The position numbers and the translations under genes were made by a program. Shown here in pieces: positions 9,320 to 17,409 of a stretch of 64,000 bases of DNA (position 1 is its first letter; each line of letters begins with the position of its first letter). Below the pieces are notes generated by a model. That model saw only the letters and a program-made list of their open reading frames with translations. It made no database searches and was not told where the DNA came from. The stretch covers positions 153 through 64,152 of the forward strand of contig JAFQID010000026.1 in the NCBI GenBank assembly GCA_017397685.1, given 5' to 3'. Source of the stretch: Bacilli bacterium. GTDB taxonomy: Bacteria; Bacillota_I; Bacilli_A; RF39; UBA660.

Positions 9320-9348
9320 ATTATACAGCAAAAAAGACAAATTGTCAA
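9320..9348 (-). promoter_or_regulatory. leftward promoter for the repressor operon (consensus TTGACA-17-TATAAT on the minus strand)
   Basis: On the minus strand, TTGACA (9348-9343), a 17-nt spacer, then TATAAT (9325-9320). The -35 overlaps operator copy 1. Confidence 0.65.
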
Positions 9349-9399
9349 AATAAAAAGGACAAATTGTCAAAAAAGTATTGACATAAGACAAATAGTCTT
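9336..9399. promoter_or_regulatory. three palindromic operator-like sites (GACAAATTGTC x2, GACAAATAGTC)
   Basis: Sites at 9336-9346, 9358-9368 and 9387-9397 (within AAGACAAATAGTCTT). The third lies between the -35 and -10 of the rightward promoter. Confidence 0.65.
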
Positions 9400-9406
9400 A
9401 TATAAT
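9378..9406 (+). promoter_or_regulatory. rightward early promoter (consensus TTGACA-17-TATAAT)
   Basis: TTGACA at 9378-9383, a 17-nt spacer, and TATAAT at 9401-9406, followed by an AGGAGG RBS and the cro-like gene. Confidence 0.7.
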
Positions 9407-9428
9407 GATTGCAGATAGGAGGAAAAAA

Positions 9429-9671
9429 ATGAACTCAACAAGTTTAATAAAAGGTTTTAGAGGTAAAAAACTTTATAGTCAAGAAAAAGTAGCTGAATTA
9501 TTGGGAATATCTAGACAAAGTTATAATGCTTTAGAAAATGATTTACTTCATAATGATTTTACATTGGTATTTAAATTATTACATGTTCTTGATTTAAGTG
9601 CTATAGATATTGATGAGTTTTTTAATGCTTTAAAACAAGACTATATGTCTTATCAAATTAAATCAGAATAG
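9429..9671 (+). CDS. XRE-family HTH protein (Cro-like)
   Basis: Start set at MNSTSLIKG, with AGGAGG 7 nt upstream. The track start at 9405 lies inside the -10 box. HTH motif YSQEKVAELLGISRQSYNALEN. Confidence 0.8.
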   Translation: MNSTSLIKGFRGKKLYSQEKVAELLGISRQSYNALENDLLHNDFTLVFKLLHVLDLSAIDIDEFFNALKQDYMSYQIKSE

Positions 9672-9682
9672 GAGATAAGAAT

Positions 9683-9862
9683 ATGAATGAAATAATATTC
9701 ATTATTATATTTACAATATTTTTGTTCTTTTTAGACATTTATCTTGTTATAAGAACAAAAAAAACTATTGGTTCTGATGTGGCAATAGCTCAGGGAATAT
9801 ATTTAGCAATAATATTTATTTTATGGATTTTATATTGCTTTTCTCATTTAGGTATATTGTAA
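9683..9862 (+). CDS. 59-aa two-TM peptide (not in the ORF track)
   Basis: ATG at 9683 after GGAG. Translation MNEIIFIIIFTIFLFFLDIYLVIRTKKTIGSDVAIAQGIYLAIIFILWILYCFSHLGIL. Its 3' end overlaps the convergent gene at 9816-10187. Confidence 0.4.
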   Translation: MNEIIFIIIFTIFLFFLDIYLVIRTKKTIGSDVAIAQGIYLAIIFILWILYCFSHLGIL

Positions 9863-10187
9863 GTTTCATAAGTTCTGAATTAATCTCTTTAATATTATTA
9901 CCATTTTCTACTAATGTTTTAATGTCTCCAATATAGTTGGAAGAAGTTTCATCGATATAAGGGATTAATATATTCAAAGCTTTATAAAAATTATTTATAT
10001 CGAAAACTAAAGAATCTGCTTCTAAGGTAGCATTTATAAAGTTATTTATAGCATCACGTTTAAATGTAGAATTAAGTTCAATATATTTAAGTTTAATCTC
10101 ATGCTTATTTCTTATAAGTTGAGAAATAGAGACTGAACCTATAGAAGCAACTAAAGTGATTAACGAACTCCATATAACATCAGACAT
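9816..10187 (-). CDS. antisense-oriented accessory gene in the early region; N-terminal TM, function unknown
   Basis: Start set at MSDVIW, with AAGGAG 8 nt upstream on the minus strand. It is the only minus-strand gene between cro and the lysis module. Confidence 0.55.
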   Translation of the reverse strand: MSDVIWSSLITLVASIGSVSISQLIRNKHEIKLKYIELNSTFKRDAINNFINATLEADSLVFDINNFYKALNILIPYIDETSSNYIGDIKTLVENGNNIKEINSELMKLTIYLNEKSNIKSIK

Positions 10188-10254
10188 AAAAATCACTCCT
10201 TTCTATAAGTAATTATAGCATAGGAGAAAAACTAACAGAATAAGGAGAAATAAA

Positions 10255-10512
10255 ATGAAACGTTTAAATGCTAGTGAAACACTAGACTTAATATCAAAAC
10301 AATGGGCGGGGACAAAAGATATACAAAAACTTGCCCAATGTGGAGAAAACAAAGCTCGACAAATAAAAGAGCATATAAAAAAGGAAATAGATAATTGGTT
10401 AATGCCAAGTAACGAAGTTCCTATGAGTAAATTAGTTGAATATCTAAAAATAGATATTAAATATTTAAAAAAAGTAGAAAGGAGTATGAAAAATGAAACT
10501 ATTGAGAATTAA
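10255..10512 (+). CDS. hypothetical early protein
   Basis: 85 aa. AAGGAG RBS. No motif recognised. Confidence 0.5.
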   Translation: MKRLNASETLDLISKQWAGTKDIQKLAQCGENKARQIKEHIKKEIDNWLMPSNEVPMSKLVEYLKIDIKYLKKVERSMKNETIEN

Positions 10513-10693
10513 GTTTGAAGTCATATTTGCGTTATTATTAGCACTAACTACAGGATTATTAATATGGTTCACTATTATGATCGAAAATAACTGGAAAATG
10601 TGGTTATTAGTAATAGCTTTTGCAGTTATGACAGTTTATACATATTACACATTAAAAATAGTTAGAAAAGAACTAATTAAATTATACAAATAA
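10493..10693 (+). CDS. small two-TM membrane protein
   Basis: 66 aa with two hydrophobic helices. Overlaps the upstream gene. Confidence 0.45.
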   Translation: MKLLRIKFEVIFALLLALTTGLLIWFTIMIENNWKMWLLVIAFAVMTVYTYYTLKIVRKELIKLYK

Positions 10694-10792
10694 AAAGAAA
10701 GAACTGCGTAATTCTTTCTACTAAAGATTATATCAAAAGTGGAAAGAAAAATCAATTTTAGGGGGTTAAAAATACTATATAAAGGAGCAAGA

Positions 10793-11461
10793 ATGAGCAA
10801 AGTAAAAAGTTATAGTATATACGAGGAATATTTTGAATTAATAACATTACTAACAGAAGAGGAACAAGCTTATTTACTATTAGCGATTAATAAGTATATG
10901 TTTTATGATGAAAAGCCTAATTTAAATGCTAATCAAATGAAGATTTTTAACAACTTAAAAAGACCTTTAGATAAGAGTAAAAATAAATCAAAATCAACAT
11001 CAAAAACAATTCAAAACGAAATCAAATTAAAATCAAATAAAAATCAAAACAAAATCAAAACAAGAACACATCAAGATGTTAATGTTATTGTTAATGATAA
11101 TGTATATGTTAATAAAGAAGATAGAGATAGGGGTATGGGGGAAGAGGAAGAAACAAATAACAACCTTTTCTTGCTAATGGAAGAGAACTTTGGAAGAACA
11201 TTTAGTTCTATTGAAATAGAAGAAATATCCAAATGGGAAGATACAGAACTTACAAGATACGCAATAGCACAAGCGGTACTTAATGGAAAAAGAAATATCA
11301 AATACATTTCACGAATACTCGAAAGTTATAAGTCAAAAGGTATTAAAACAATTTTTGAAGCTCAAAAAGATGATGAAGAGTTTAGAAACAAAAATAAACT
11401 TAAAGAAAAAGAAACCCCTCAAGAAATAGTAGCAAGATTAAAGAAAGAGGGAAGATTATGA
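10793..11461 (+). CDS. DnaD-domain replication initiation / replisome organiser protein
   Basis: Start set at MSKVKSY (AAGGAG RBS). C-terminal DnaD-like region FGRTFSSIEIEEISKWED...YAIAQAVLNGKRNIKYISRILESYKSKGIKT. Confidence 0.7.
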   Translation: MSKVKSYSIYEEYFELITLLTEEEQAYLLLAINKYMFYDEKPNLNANQMKIFNNLKRPLDKSKNKSKSTSKTIQNEIKLKSNKNQNKIKTRTHQDVNVIVNDNVYVNKEDRDRGMGEEEETNNNLFLLMEENFGRTFSSIEIEEISKWEDTELTRYAIAQAVLNGKRNIKYISRILESYKSKGIKTIFEAQKDDEEFRNKNKLKEKETPQEIVARLKKEGRL

Positions 11462-11982
11462 ATGAAGAAGAAGTAATAAAAATAATGCAAAGAATAAAAA
11501 ATAACTTTTCTCAGTTTAGAAGCGCAGAACAAAACGTTATTGAAGAATGGTGCAAGAGATTAAAAGACTATGATTTCGATGAAGTTATGAGAGAACTAGA
11601 GTCATATTTTGAATACGCAACTGAACCACCACTTATAAGTACTCTTACACAAAACTTAAAAAAGAAAACAGAACCAAAAGAACCAACAGGCATATTTATG
11701 TGTAATAGATGTCGCAAAAGATTTAGAAGTATTAAAGAGGCGGATGAGTGCGAAGAAAGAGATAAGTCTTTAAAATACATAATCAAAATGTGTGATGTAT
11801 TTGATATAAATCCGAACGAATATTTTAAACCTTATGCAACAAGATGTTCTCTAAAAGAAATAAATGACAATTACGAAACATTTATGCGAAGAGTATGTAA
11901 GGAGCAACAAAAAAATCCAAAACTACATGGACTTGAATTAGAGGGTTTAAGAATGTATTACAGGGAAGTGTTAGCAAAATGA
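11458..11982 (+). CDS. putative helicase loader (SPP1 G39P-like N-terminal domain) with a C-terminal Cys-rich region
   Basis: The N-terminus IKIMQRIKNNFSQFRSAEQNVIEEWCKRLKDYDFDEVMRELESYF follows the G39P-family pattern as I remember it. It sits downstream of the DnaD-like gene. Confidence 0.5.
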   Translation: MNEEEVIKIMQRIKNNFSQFRSAEQNVIEEWCKRLKDYDFDEVMRELESYFEYATEPPLISTLTQNLKKKTEPKEPTGIFMCNRCRKRFRSIKEADECEERDKSLKYIIKMCDVFDINPNEYFKPYATRCSLKEINDNYETFMRRVCKEQQKNPKLHGLELEGLRMYYREVLAK

Positions 11983-12185
11983 CTTTCAAAGAAAAAGAAG
12001 AAAAATTAAGCACAGTATTTATTAGTTTAACAAAAAAGTGTGATACTTGCGGACACTCGATTATATTTACAACAAAAGTAGACATGAGGATATGTAGTTA
12101 TTGTGGTAATGCTGTTTTTAAAGATAAACAAACTGAGTTCAAATATAGAGTAAAAGAAAAGATTTATAAGGAGAAGAAAAAATGA
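11979..12185 (+). CDS. zinc-ribbon protein
   Basis: 68 aa. CDTCGH...CSYCGN pairs. Confidence 0.5.
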   Translation: MTFKEKEEKLSTVFISLTKKCDTCGHSIIFTTKVDMRICSYCGNAVFKDKQTEFKYRVKEKIYKEKKK

Positions 12186-12364
12186 TAGATGATTTTATAT
12201 CTGAATATGAAGAACTAATTTTAGAAGTATATAGTGTAGTAAATCCTGAAGAATATTATAGTGATTTTATGCTAGAAGATATAGACGATATAGAAAGTTT
12301 TATTTATGACTATATGCAAAATGAATATGAAAATTGGAGGTTAAGAAATGTTAAAAAGTTTTAA
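12182..12364 (+). CDS. hypothetical acidic protein
   Basis: 60 aa, translationally coupled with its neighbours. Confidence 0.4.
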   Translation: MIDDFISEYEELILEVYSVVNPEEYYSDFMLEDIDDIESFIYDYMQNEYENWRLRNVKKF

Positions 12365-12983
12365 TGAAATGAGAAAAATAGATTTATCTCAATATATAAA
12401 AAAAAGAGATAAGGCAGATTATTTAAATTGGGCAGTTGTTAAACAATTACTTCATGATAACGGGGCAGAAAAAGTATATTTTACACCAATGCAAAACGAA
12501 AATGGATCGAGTTTAATAAAAACGGATAAAGTTTTTACTGATAGTAACAGTAATACAAACCAAGTGTATGAAACTAGAATTAAAGTAGTAATAGATGAAT
12601 TGGAGTTTGAAATGCAAGGACCGGTTATGAATGGTGCAAACCCGGTCAAAGATAATTCAATGAGTCAGCAAAGATTATGGAATAGTCAAACAAGATTATT
12701 TGTTAAAGGTGTAGCTATATATACAGGATTAGGGTTTGATTTATGGTCTAGATTAGAAGCTGAAGAAGATGATGTTAATTCAAATGATGACTTATCTAAA
12801 CATGATATATCAAAAATTAAAGAAAGAGTACAAGAAATATATACATCAAAAATAAAATTAGGTTTAACTACAAAGGAAATAGCACAAAAATTAAATAAAA
12901 CTGAAGATGAGGTTAAGGCAATATTTAGTTATTTTGATACATTAAATAATTTTGAAAGAGATTTGTCTAATCTAAAAAAATGA
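12348..12983 (+). CDS. Sak / DUF1071-type Rad52-like single-strand annealing protein
   Basis: ADYLNWAVVKQLL, EMQGPVMNGANPV and VAIYTGLGFDLW match the remembered DUF1071/Sak pattern (LSYLSWAWAW..., LPVMDGANK..., GLGLYLY). Confidence 0.7.
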   Translation: MLKSFNEMRKIDLSQYIKKRDKADYLNWAVVKQLLHDNGAEKVYFTPMQNENGSSLIKTDKVFTDSNSNTNQVYETRIKVVIDELEFEMQGPVMNGANPVKDNSMSQQRLWNSQTRLFVKGVAIYTGLGFDLWSRLEAEEDDVNSNDDLSKHDISKIKERVQEIYTSKIKLGLTTKEIAQKLNKTEDEVKAIFSYFDTLNNFERDLSNLKK

Positions 12984-13552
12984 TAGCTACTAATGATAGA
13001 AGTTATTATATAGGCGCAAGTGACACCAAATATGTAATTGGAAATTGGAAAACAAAAACATTCGAAAATTGGTGGTTGGAAAAATTAGGAATAAGAAAAA
13101 ATCATTTTCAAAATAAATATACTCTTGCTGGAACTAATTATGAACATAAAATATTGGATTTCATCGATTCAGAAAAAAAGGATCTACAAGTAATAAAAGG
13201 TAGATTAAGAGTAAATATAGATGGTTTTACAAAAGGAAAAATACAAGAAGTAAAAACTTACAATTACGAAAAAGGGTTTAATTTAAGTAAAGATTATATA
13301 AATCAATGTCAAATTGAAATGTATGCCTTTGATACAACAGATTGTGAAATAGTTGCGTACGGATTAGAGGAAAAAGATTATGATAACTACTTCAGAAACA
13401 TAGACGAAAAAAGATTAAGCAAATATCAAATTGAATATGATAAAGACTTTGTTAACATCACATATTTACCTAGATATAACTATTTAGAGAAGTGTTTAGA
13501 AAAAGGATCATTTCCTACGGAGGAAGAATATGAAACTTACAGGAAAAATTGA
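12980..13552 (+). CDS. YqaJ-like PD-(D/E)XK recombination exonuclease (putative)
   Basis: N-terminal YYIGASDTKYVIG resembles the YqaJ motif. Partner position next to the annealing protein. Confidence 0.5.
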   Translation: MIATNDRSYYIGASDTKYVIGNWKTKTFENWWLEKLGIRKNHFQNKYTLAGTNYEHKILDFIDSEKKDLQVIKGRLRVNIDGFTKGKIQEVKTYNYEKGFNLSKDYINQCQIEMYAFDTTDCEIVAYGLEEKDYDNYFRNIDEKRLSKYQIEYDKDFVNITYLPRYNYLEKCLEKGSFPTEEEYETYRKN

Positions 13553-14009
13553 AAAGTTAATGCAAGAAGTGATTCCTGCATTAATGAGTCAAAAGAAAGA
13601 TAAAGTTTACGAATTAGAAATAAAAGTTAAGCGAGAAAAAAGAAAGTTAAATCAAAATGATAAGTTTTACAAGTTCCAAAATGAACTTGCAGAAGTTTTA
13701 GGAACATCAAATGAAGAATTGCACTTTGAACTTTTAAAAAGATATAGTCCTGTGATACTTGCTACACTTCCTAGTTCAGTTAATCCTAGAGGTTACTTTA
13801 AATACTATGAAGAATATAAACGAGGAATAGCTAAAGGAAATGAGTTTATAAGTTACAAAGTTTATAAACCTAGTTCAGAAATGGATACCAAAGAGTTTGC
13901 GAGACTTCTTACAGGATTACTTGATGAATGTAGAGAAGTAGGGATAGAAACTATGAGCAAAGAAGAATTAGAAAGTCTTTTAAGGAGTGCTAATGAAATA
14001 TCACAATAA
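13530..14009 (+). CDS. NinB/Orf-family recombination mediator
   Basis: KREKRKLNQNDKFYKF and SSEMDTKEFARLLTGLLDECREVGIE parallel lambda Orf (ERNRSLDQNRKLWAC; TSRMRVGEFAELLELIQAFGTERGVK). Confidence 0.6.
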   Translation: MKLTGKIEKLMQEVIPALMSQKKDKVYELEIKVKREKRKLNQNDKFYKFQNELAEVLGTSNEELHFELLKRYSPVILATLPSSVNPRGYFKYYEEYKRGIAKGNEFISYKVYKPSSEMDTKEFARLLTGLLDECREVGIETMSKEELESLLRSANEISQ

Positions 14010-14088
14010 AAAAGTAATTGTAAATGGGATAAAGTTTGATTCTAAAAAAGAAGGAGATATAAATGGAGGAAAGAAAATATATATTTGA
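13993..14088 (+). pseudogene. 31-codon remnant of a DUF1064-type gene (putative Holliday-junction resolvase family)
   Basis: AGGAG RBS, then MKYHNKKVIVNGIKFDSKKEGD, matching the conserved DUF1064 N-terminus (KYnnKK..idGikFDSKkE). It terminates after 31 codons and overlaps the next gene. Confidence 0.45.
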
Positions 14089-14497
14089 ACCAACTACTTT
14101 AGAAACGCGTAGAGAGTCATATGACAGCGTAAATATAGATTTAAGGCAAGAACAAGTATTAGAAATACTAACTAAACCTATGAGCGCTAAAGAAGTTGCT
14201 GTAGAAATGTTTAAAAAGGGATACACTCAAAACGAAGATAGAAACAATGCAGCACCTAGATTACATGAACTTGAAAACTTAGGTAAAGTTGAAATTATAG
14301 GGAAAGAAAAATGTCAATATTCAGGAAAGACAGTTTCAGTTTATCAAAAAAAAGAAAACAGTGTTTCTATGGATAAATACAAAGAATTGTTAAATAAGTT
14401 TGACAATTTAAAATGTGTTGAGGCTTATAGTCAAACAAGAATAAAAGAATTAAAAAAAGAAAATGAAATGTTAAGAAAGGAATTATTAAAAAAATGA
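14063..14497 (+). CDS. putative winged-helix DNA-binding protein with a C-terminal coiled coil
   Basis: 144 aa. QEQVLEILTKPMSAKEVAVEMFKKGY...RLHELENLGKVEIIG resembles MarR/wHTH. Confidence 0.45.
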   Translation: MEERKYIFEPTTLETRRESYDSVNIDLRQEQVLEILTKPMSAKEVAVEMFKKGYTQNEDRNNAAPRLHELENLGKVEIIGKEKCQYSGKTVSVYQKKENSVSMDKYKELLNKFDNLKCVEAYSQTRIKELKKENEMLRKELLKK

Positions 14498-14931
14498 ACA
14501 AGGTAGTCTTAATCGGAAGAATATCTAATGATTTAAAATTAAATGTAATAGGAGAAAAGAAAACATCAACAATACAATTTAGTTTAGCAGTAAATAGAAA
14601 TTACAAAAACAAAGATGGAAAGTATGACACAGATTTTATTAACTGTGTTGCATTTGGAAATATAGCAGATTTTATAAATAAATATTTTAAAAAAGGTGAT
14701 GAACTAGCGGTTGAGGGTAGAGTTCAAACTAGAACTTATGAAAAAGATGGAAATAAAAAGTATATAACTGAAATTATGGCTGAACACGTTGAGTTTACAT
14801 ATGGATCTAAATCAAATGATAATCAAATAAACAAAACTGAAGAAATTAATGATATTCCATCAAATTATAAAACAGATTACGAAGAGTCATCAAACGAATT
14901 TGCTTTAGATGATAAAGATTTACCATGGTGA
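14494..14931 (+). CDS. ssb: single-stranded DNA-binding protein
   Basis: 145 aa. OB-fold N-terminus MNKVVLIGRISNDLKL...FINCVAFG...AVEGRVQTRTYE. Acidic tail DDKDLPW. Confidence 0.88.
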   Translation: MNKVVLIGRISNDLKLNVIGEKKTSTIQFSLAVNRNYKNKDGKYDTDFINCVAFGNIADFINKYFKKGDELAVEGRVQTRTYEKDGNKKYITEIMAEHVEFTYGSKSNDNQINKTEEINDIPSNYKTDYEESSNEFALDDKDLPW

Positions 14932-14938
14932 GGTATCT

Positions 14939-15154
14939 ATGTTTAAGTACATTAAATATAAAAGAAAATTAGAACACTTGGAAGAAGAAATTAAAGATTT
15001 AAAAGCTGAAAATTATGACTTAATAGAAAAATTAAAAAAAGAAAAAGAGAGAAGTGAAGCTGAAAGAAATGCGATTAAGATAATAAGAAATCTATCAAGT
15101 GCTAAAAAAAGAGAATTAGGAATAATAGGAGGTAAAAATGAAACTATTTTATAA
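14939..15154 (+). CDS. hypothetical coiled-coil protein
   Basis: Start set at MFKYIKY (GGTGAGG RBS). Heptad-rich. Confidence 0.4.
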   Translation: MFKYIKYKRKLEHLEEEIKDLKAENYDLIEKLKKEKERSEAERNAIKIIRNLSSAKKRELGIIGGKNETIL

Positions 15155-15572
15155 AAAAGACTATTTAGAAAAAGTATTAGAAGTCGCACAATTAGATAAA
15201 CAAATAAAAGAACAAAACTTATTTATAGCACAATTAAAAGACAACTTAAATTATAAAAGAGAATTATTAGAAAGAGAAACAAGAGTGAGTAATGAACTTA
15301 ATGAAGAACTTTTAAAATCATCAGAAGAATTAAAAAAAGTGTTAGGTGCTAAAGGTGGACTTACTAAAGAAAACAATAAACTTAAAAATATAGTAGAAGA
15401 ATTAAAAAAGGAAAATCAAGATTTAAAAATTAAATTAGAAGAAAGCATGACTGATAAATATCTTGTTAAAAAAATACCTAGTGGAAAGACACCAAACACA
15501 ATAAAAACTAAAGTATCATCACCTATGAAGTCGAGTGTAAGAAAATATATGCGAGAGGAGTTTGAAAATTGA
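15138..15572 (+). CDS. hypothetical coiled-coil protein
   Basis: 144 aa, Lys/Glu heptads. Confidence 0.4.
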   Translation: MKLFYKKDYLEKVLEVAQLDKQIKEQNLFIAQLKDNLNYKRELLERETRVSNELNEELLKSSEELKKVLGAKGGLTKENNKLKNIVEELKKENQDLKIKLEESMTDKYLVKKIPSGKTPNTIKTKVSSPMKSSVRKYMREEFEN

Positions 15573-15814
15573 AAAATGATTTAAGTAGCCTTAATGATTA
15601 TCTATTTGAAGAATTAGAAAGACTAAATGATGATGAAGAATTAGAGGGGGAAAAACTAGAAAAAGAATTAAAAAGAGCTAAAGCAATTGGAAATATAAGT
15701 ACAGCAATTGTTAATAATGCAAAAGTTATATTGGATGCAAGAAAGTTTGCAGAAGAAAATGGATTTGCAAGTACTAATGAAGTTTTAAGACTAAAGGATA
15801 GTTCTAATGATTAG
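15569..15814 (+). CDS. hypothetical protein
   Basis: 81 aa, coupled to its neighbours. Confidence 0.4.
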   Translation: MKNDLSSLNDYLFEELERLNDDEELEGEKLEKELKRAKAIGNISTAIVNNAKVILDARKFAEENGFASTNEVLRLKDSSND

Positions 15815-16628
15815 AAAATGGGATTCTGAAAAAATAGAATATTTAAAACAAATATGTCCTGGAAGAAATGAAAAAGAAATTGCAGATATGATAAATAAAA
15901 AGTTTAACACTACATTTACTAAATCAGCAATTAATTCAATCAAAAGCAAACATAATATAAAATCTAAAAAAGTTGTTAGAGTATATACAGATGAAGTAGT
16001 AGAGTTTATTATAAATAATTATCAAGGAAAAGATAATATTGAATTGGCTGAATTAGTAAATAAACAATTCAATTTAAATGTTAATGTTGCTTCTATCTGC
16101 AATTTCAAGGCAAATATTAAGAGAAGAAAAGGAATTAATCTAAATACTGGAATCAATAGAGGATGTATTAAAAAAGGCAATATTCCAATGAATAAAGGTA
16201 AAAAATGGAGTGAATATATGTCCGAAGAGGGAATGAAAAACTCATCTAAAACCTGGTATAAAAAAGGAAATATATCAAGTAATGCAGATCCAATTGGTAC
16301 AGAAAAAATAAAATATTCAAAAAGCAATAAAGATGATGGATACATATATATAAAAGTATGTGATGGTAAAAAACAAAAAAACTGGATTCCAAAACACAGA
16401 CTCATATATGAACAACATTATGGAAAAATACCAGCAGGACATAAGGTAATATTTGCAGATGGTAATAAAGAAAACTTTGATATTGATAATTTAATTTTAG
16501 TTAAAAATAGTGAAGAATTAATTATGAATAGAAGAAAATTAATATTTGATAATAAAGAATTAACAAAGACAGGAGCAAATATTGCAAAAGTATTAAATAA
16601 AGCATATGAAAGACAAAAAGGATTATGA
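15807..16628 (+). CDS. HNH_3-type homing-endonuclease-like protein with two N-terminal HTH-like repeats
   Basis: C-terminal KHRLIYEQHYGKIPAGHKVIFADGNKENFDIDNLILV matches the HNH_3 pattern, except Phe sits where the motif His is expected. Confidence 0.6.
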   Translation: MIRKWDSEKIEYLKQICPGRNEKEIADMINKKFNTTFTKSAINSIKSKHNIKSKKVVRVYTDEVVEFIINNYQGKDNIELAELVNKQFNLNVNVASICNFKANIKRRKGINLNTGINRGCIKKGNIPMNKGKKWSEYMSEEGMKNSSKTWYKKGNISSNADPIGTEKIKYSKSNKDDGYIYIKVCDGKKQKNWIPKHRLIYEQHYGKIPAGHKVIFADGNKENFDIDNLILVKNSEELIMNRRKLIFDNKELTKTGANIAKVLNKAYERQKGL

Positions 16629-16788
16629 GCAACTATATTATGATACTTTGTATGAATTAAAAAAGACAAAAGAAAAATTAGTTGCTCTTGAAGAAGAATT
16701 AGAACTATTAAAAAAATATAAAAAGAATAAAATTGTTAGTTTTATATATCAAGAATTAAAAAATAGAAAATGGGAAAAGGGTGAGTAA
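16606..16788 (+). CDS. hypothetical protein
   Basis: 60 aa coiled-coil ORF. Confidence 0.35.
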   Translation: MKDKKDYEQLYYDTLYELKKTKEKLVALEEELELLKKYKKNKIVSFIYQELKNRKWEKGE

Positions 16789-17002
16789 GATGAACTTAAA
16801 AGATATTGATGAGGGAATGTATATACAAATATATACTGACAATGATATATACCAAGTTTATTCAAGTTATGGAAATTTATATATTAATTTTAGAGGTGAG
16901 GAAAGAACACTTAAAAGTTTTGGCAAATTACTTTATAAAGTTTATACTTTTGAAGAAATAGAAAATATAGGTACTAGAATTTTAAAAGAAAGTGGTGAGT
17001 AA
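16781..17002 (+). CDS. hypothetical protein
   Basis: 73 aa. Confidence 0.4.
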   Translation: MSKMNLKDIDEGMYIQIYTDNDIYQVYSSYGNLYINFRGEERTLKSFGKLLYKVYTFEEIENIGTRILKESGE

Positions 17003-17004
17003 TA

Positions 17005-17409
17005 ATGCGTTTATGGAGTTATCAGTTAATACCAGTTTTGCCAAATAAAATGCTAGTATCACAATGGCGTGAGTGTATTGCTATTAAAAGGCAATGGGAA
17101 AAAGGAACATTGAAACATAGGTTGGTTAGTTATGTTATGAATTATGATAAGTTTACTTTTGAAATGTATGTTTTTATTCTTTTAAAAGAAATGGAAAAAA
17201 GAAATATAAATTTTCAAGGTAAATACTTAAATGAAATAGTTGATTTTTGTTCAAATAGAGAAAGATTTACAACTTATAATTATTATCCAGAACACAACGA
17301 CAGATACCTAAAACAATGCTTGTATAATTTACAGGAAAAAGCAGATAGAGGTATTATTACAAAAGAAGAATGGCAAAAGATAGAAGATAAGTTTGGAGGT
17401 TATTTATAA
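17005..17409 (+). CDS. TIGR02328-like / pyrimidine-dimer DNA glycosylase-like protein (tentative)
   Basis: N-terminal MRLWSYQLIPVLPNKMLVSQWRECIAI resembles the MRLW..LI..LP...L..QhRE pattern of that family. Confidence 0.4.
   Translation: MRLWSYQLIPVLPNKMLVSQWRECIAIKRQWEKGTLKHRLVSYVMNYDKFTFEMYVFILLKEMEKRNINFQGKYLNEIVDFCSNRERFTTYNYYPEHNDRYLKQCLYNLQEKADRGIITKEEWQKIEDKFGGYL

Noticed and set aside
12981-12983. Possibility of Mollicutes genetic code 4 (TGA = Trp), given the very low GC and short 5S.
   Set aside because: TGA closes several well-delimited genes (for example 12348-12983 and 14063-14497), each immediately followed by or overlapping the next start. Conserved proteins (gatA, gatB, metG, terL) read through without needing TGA as a sense codon.
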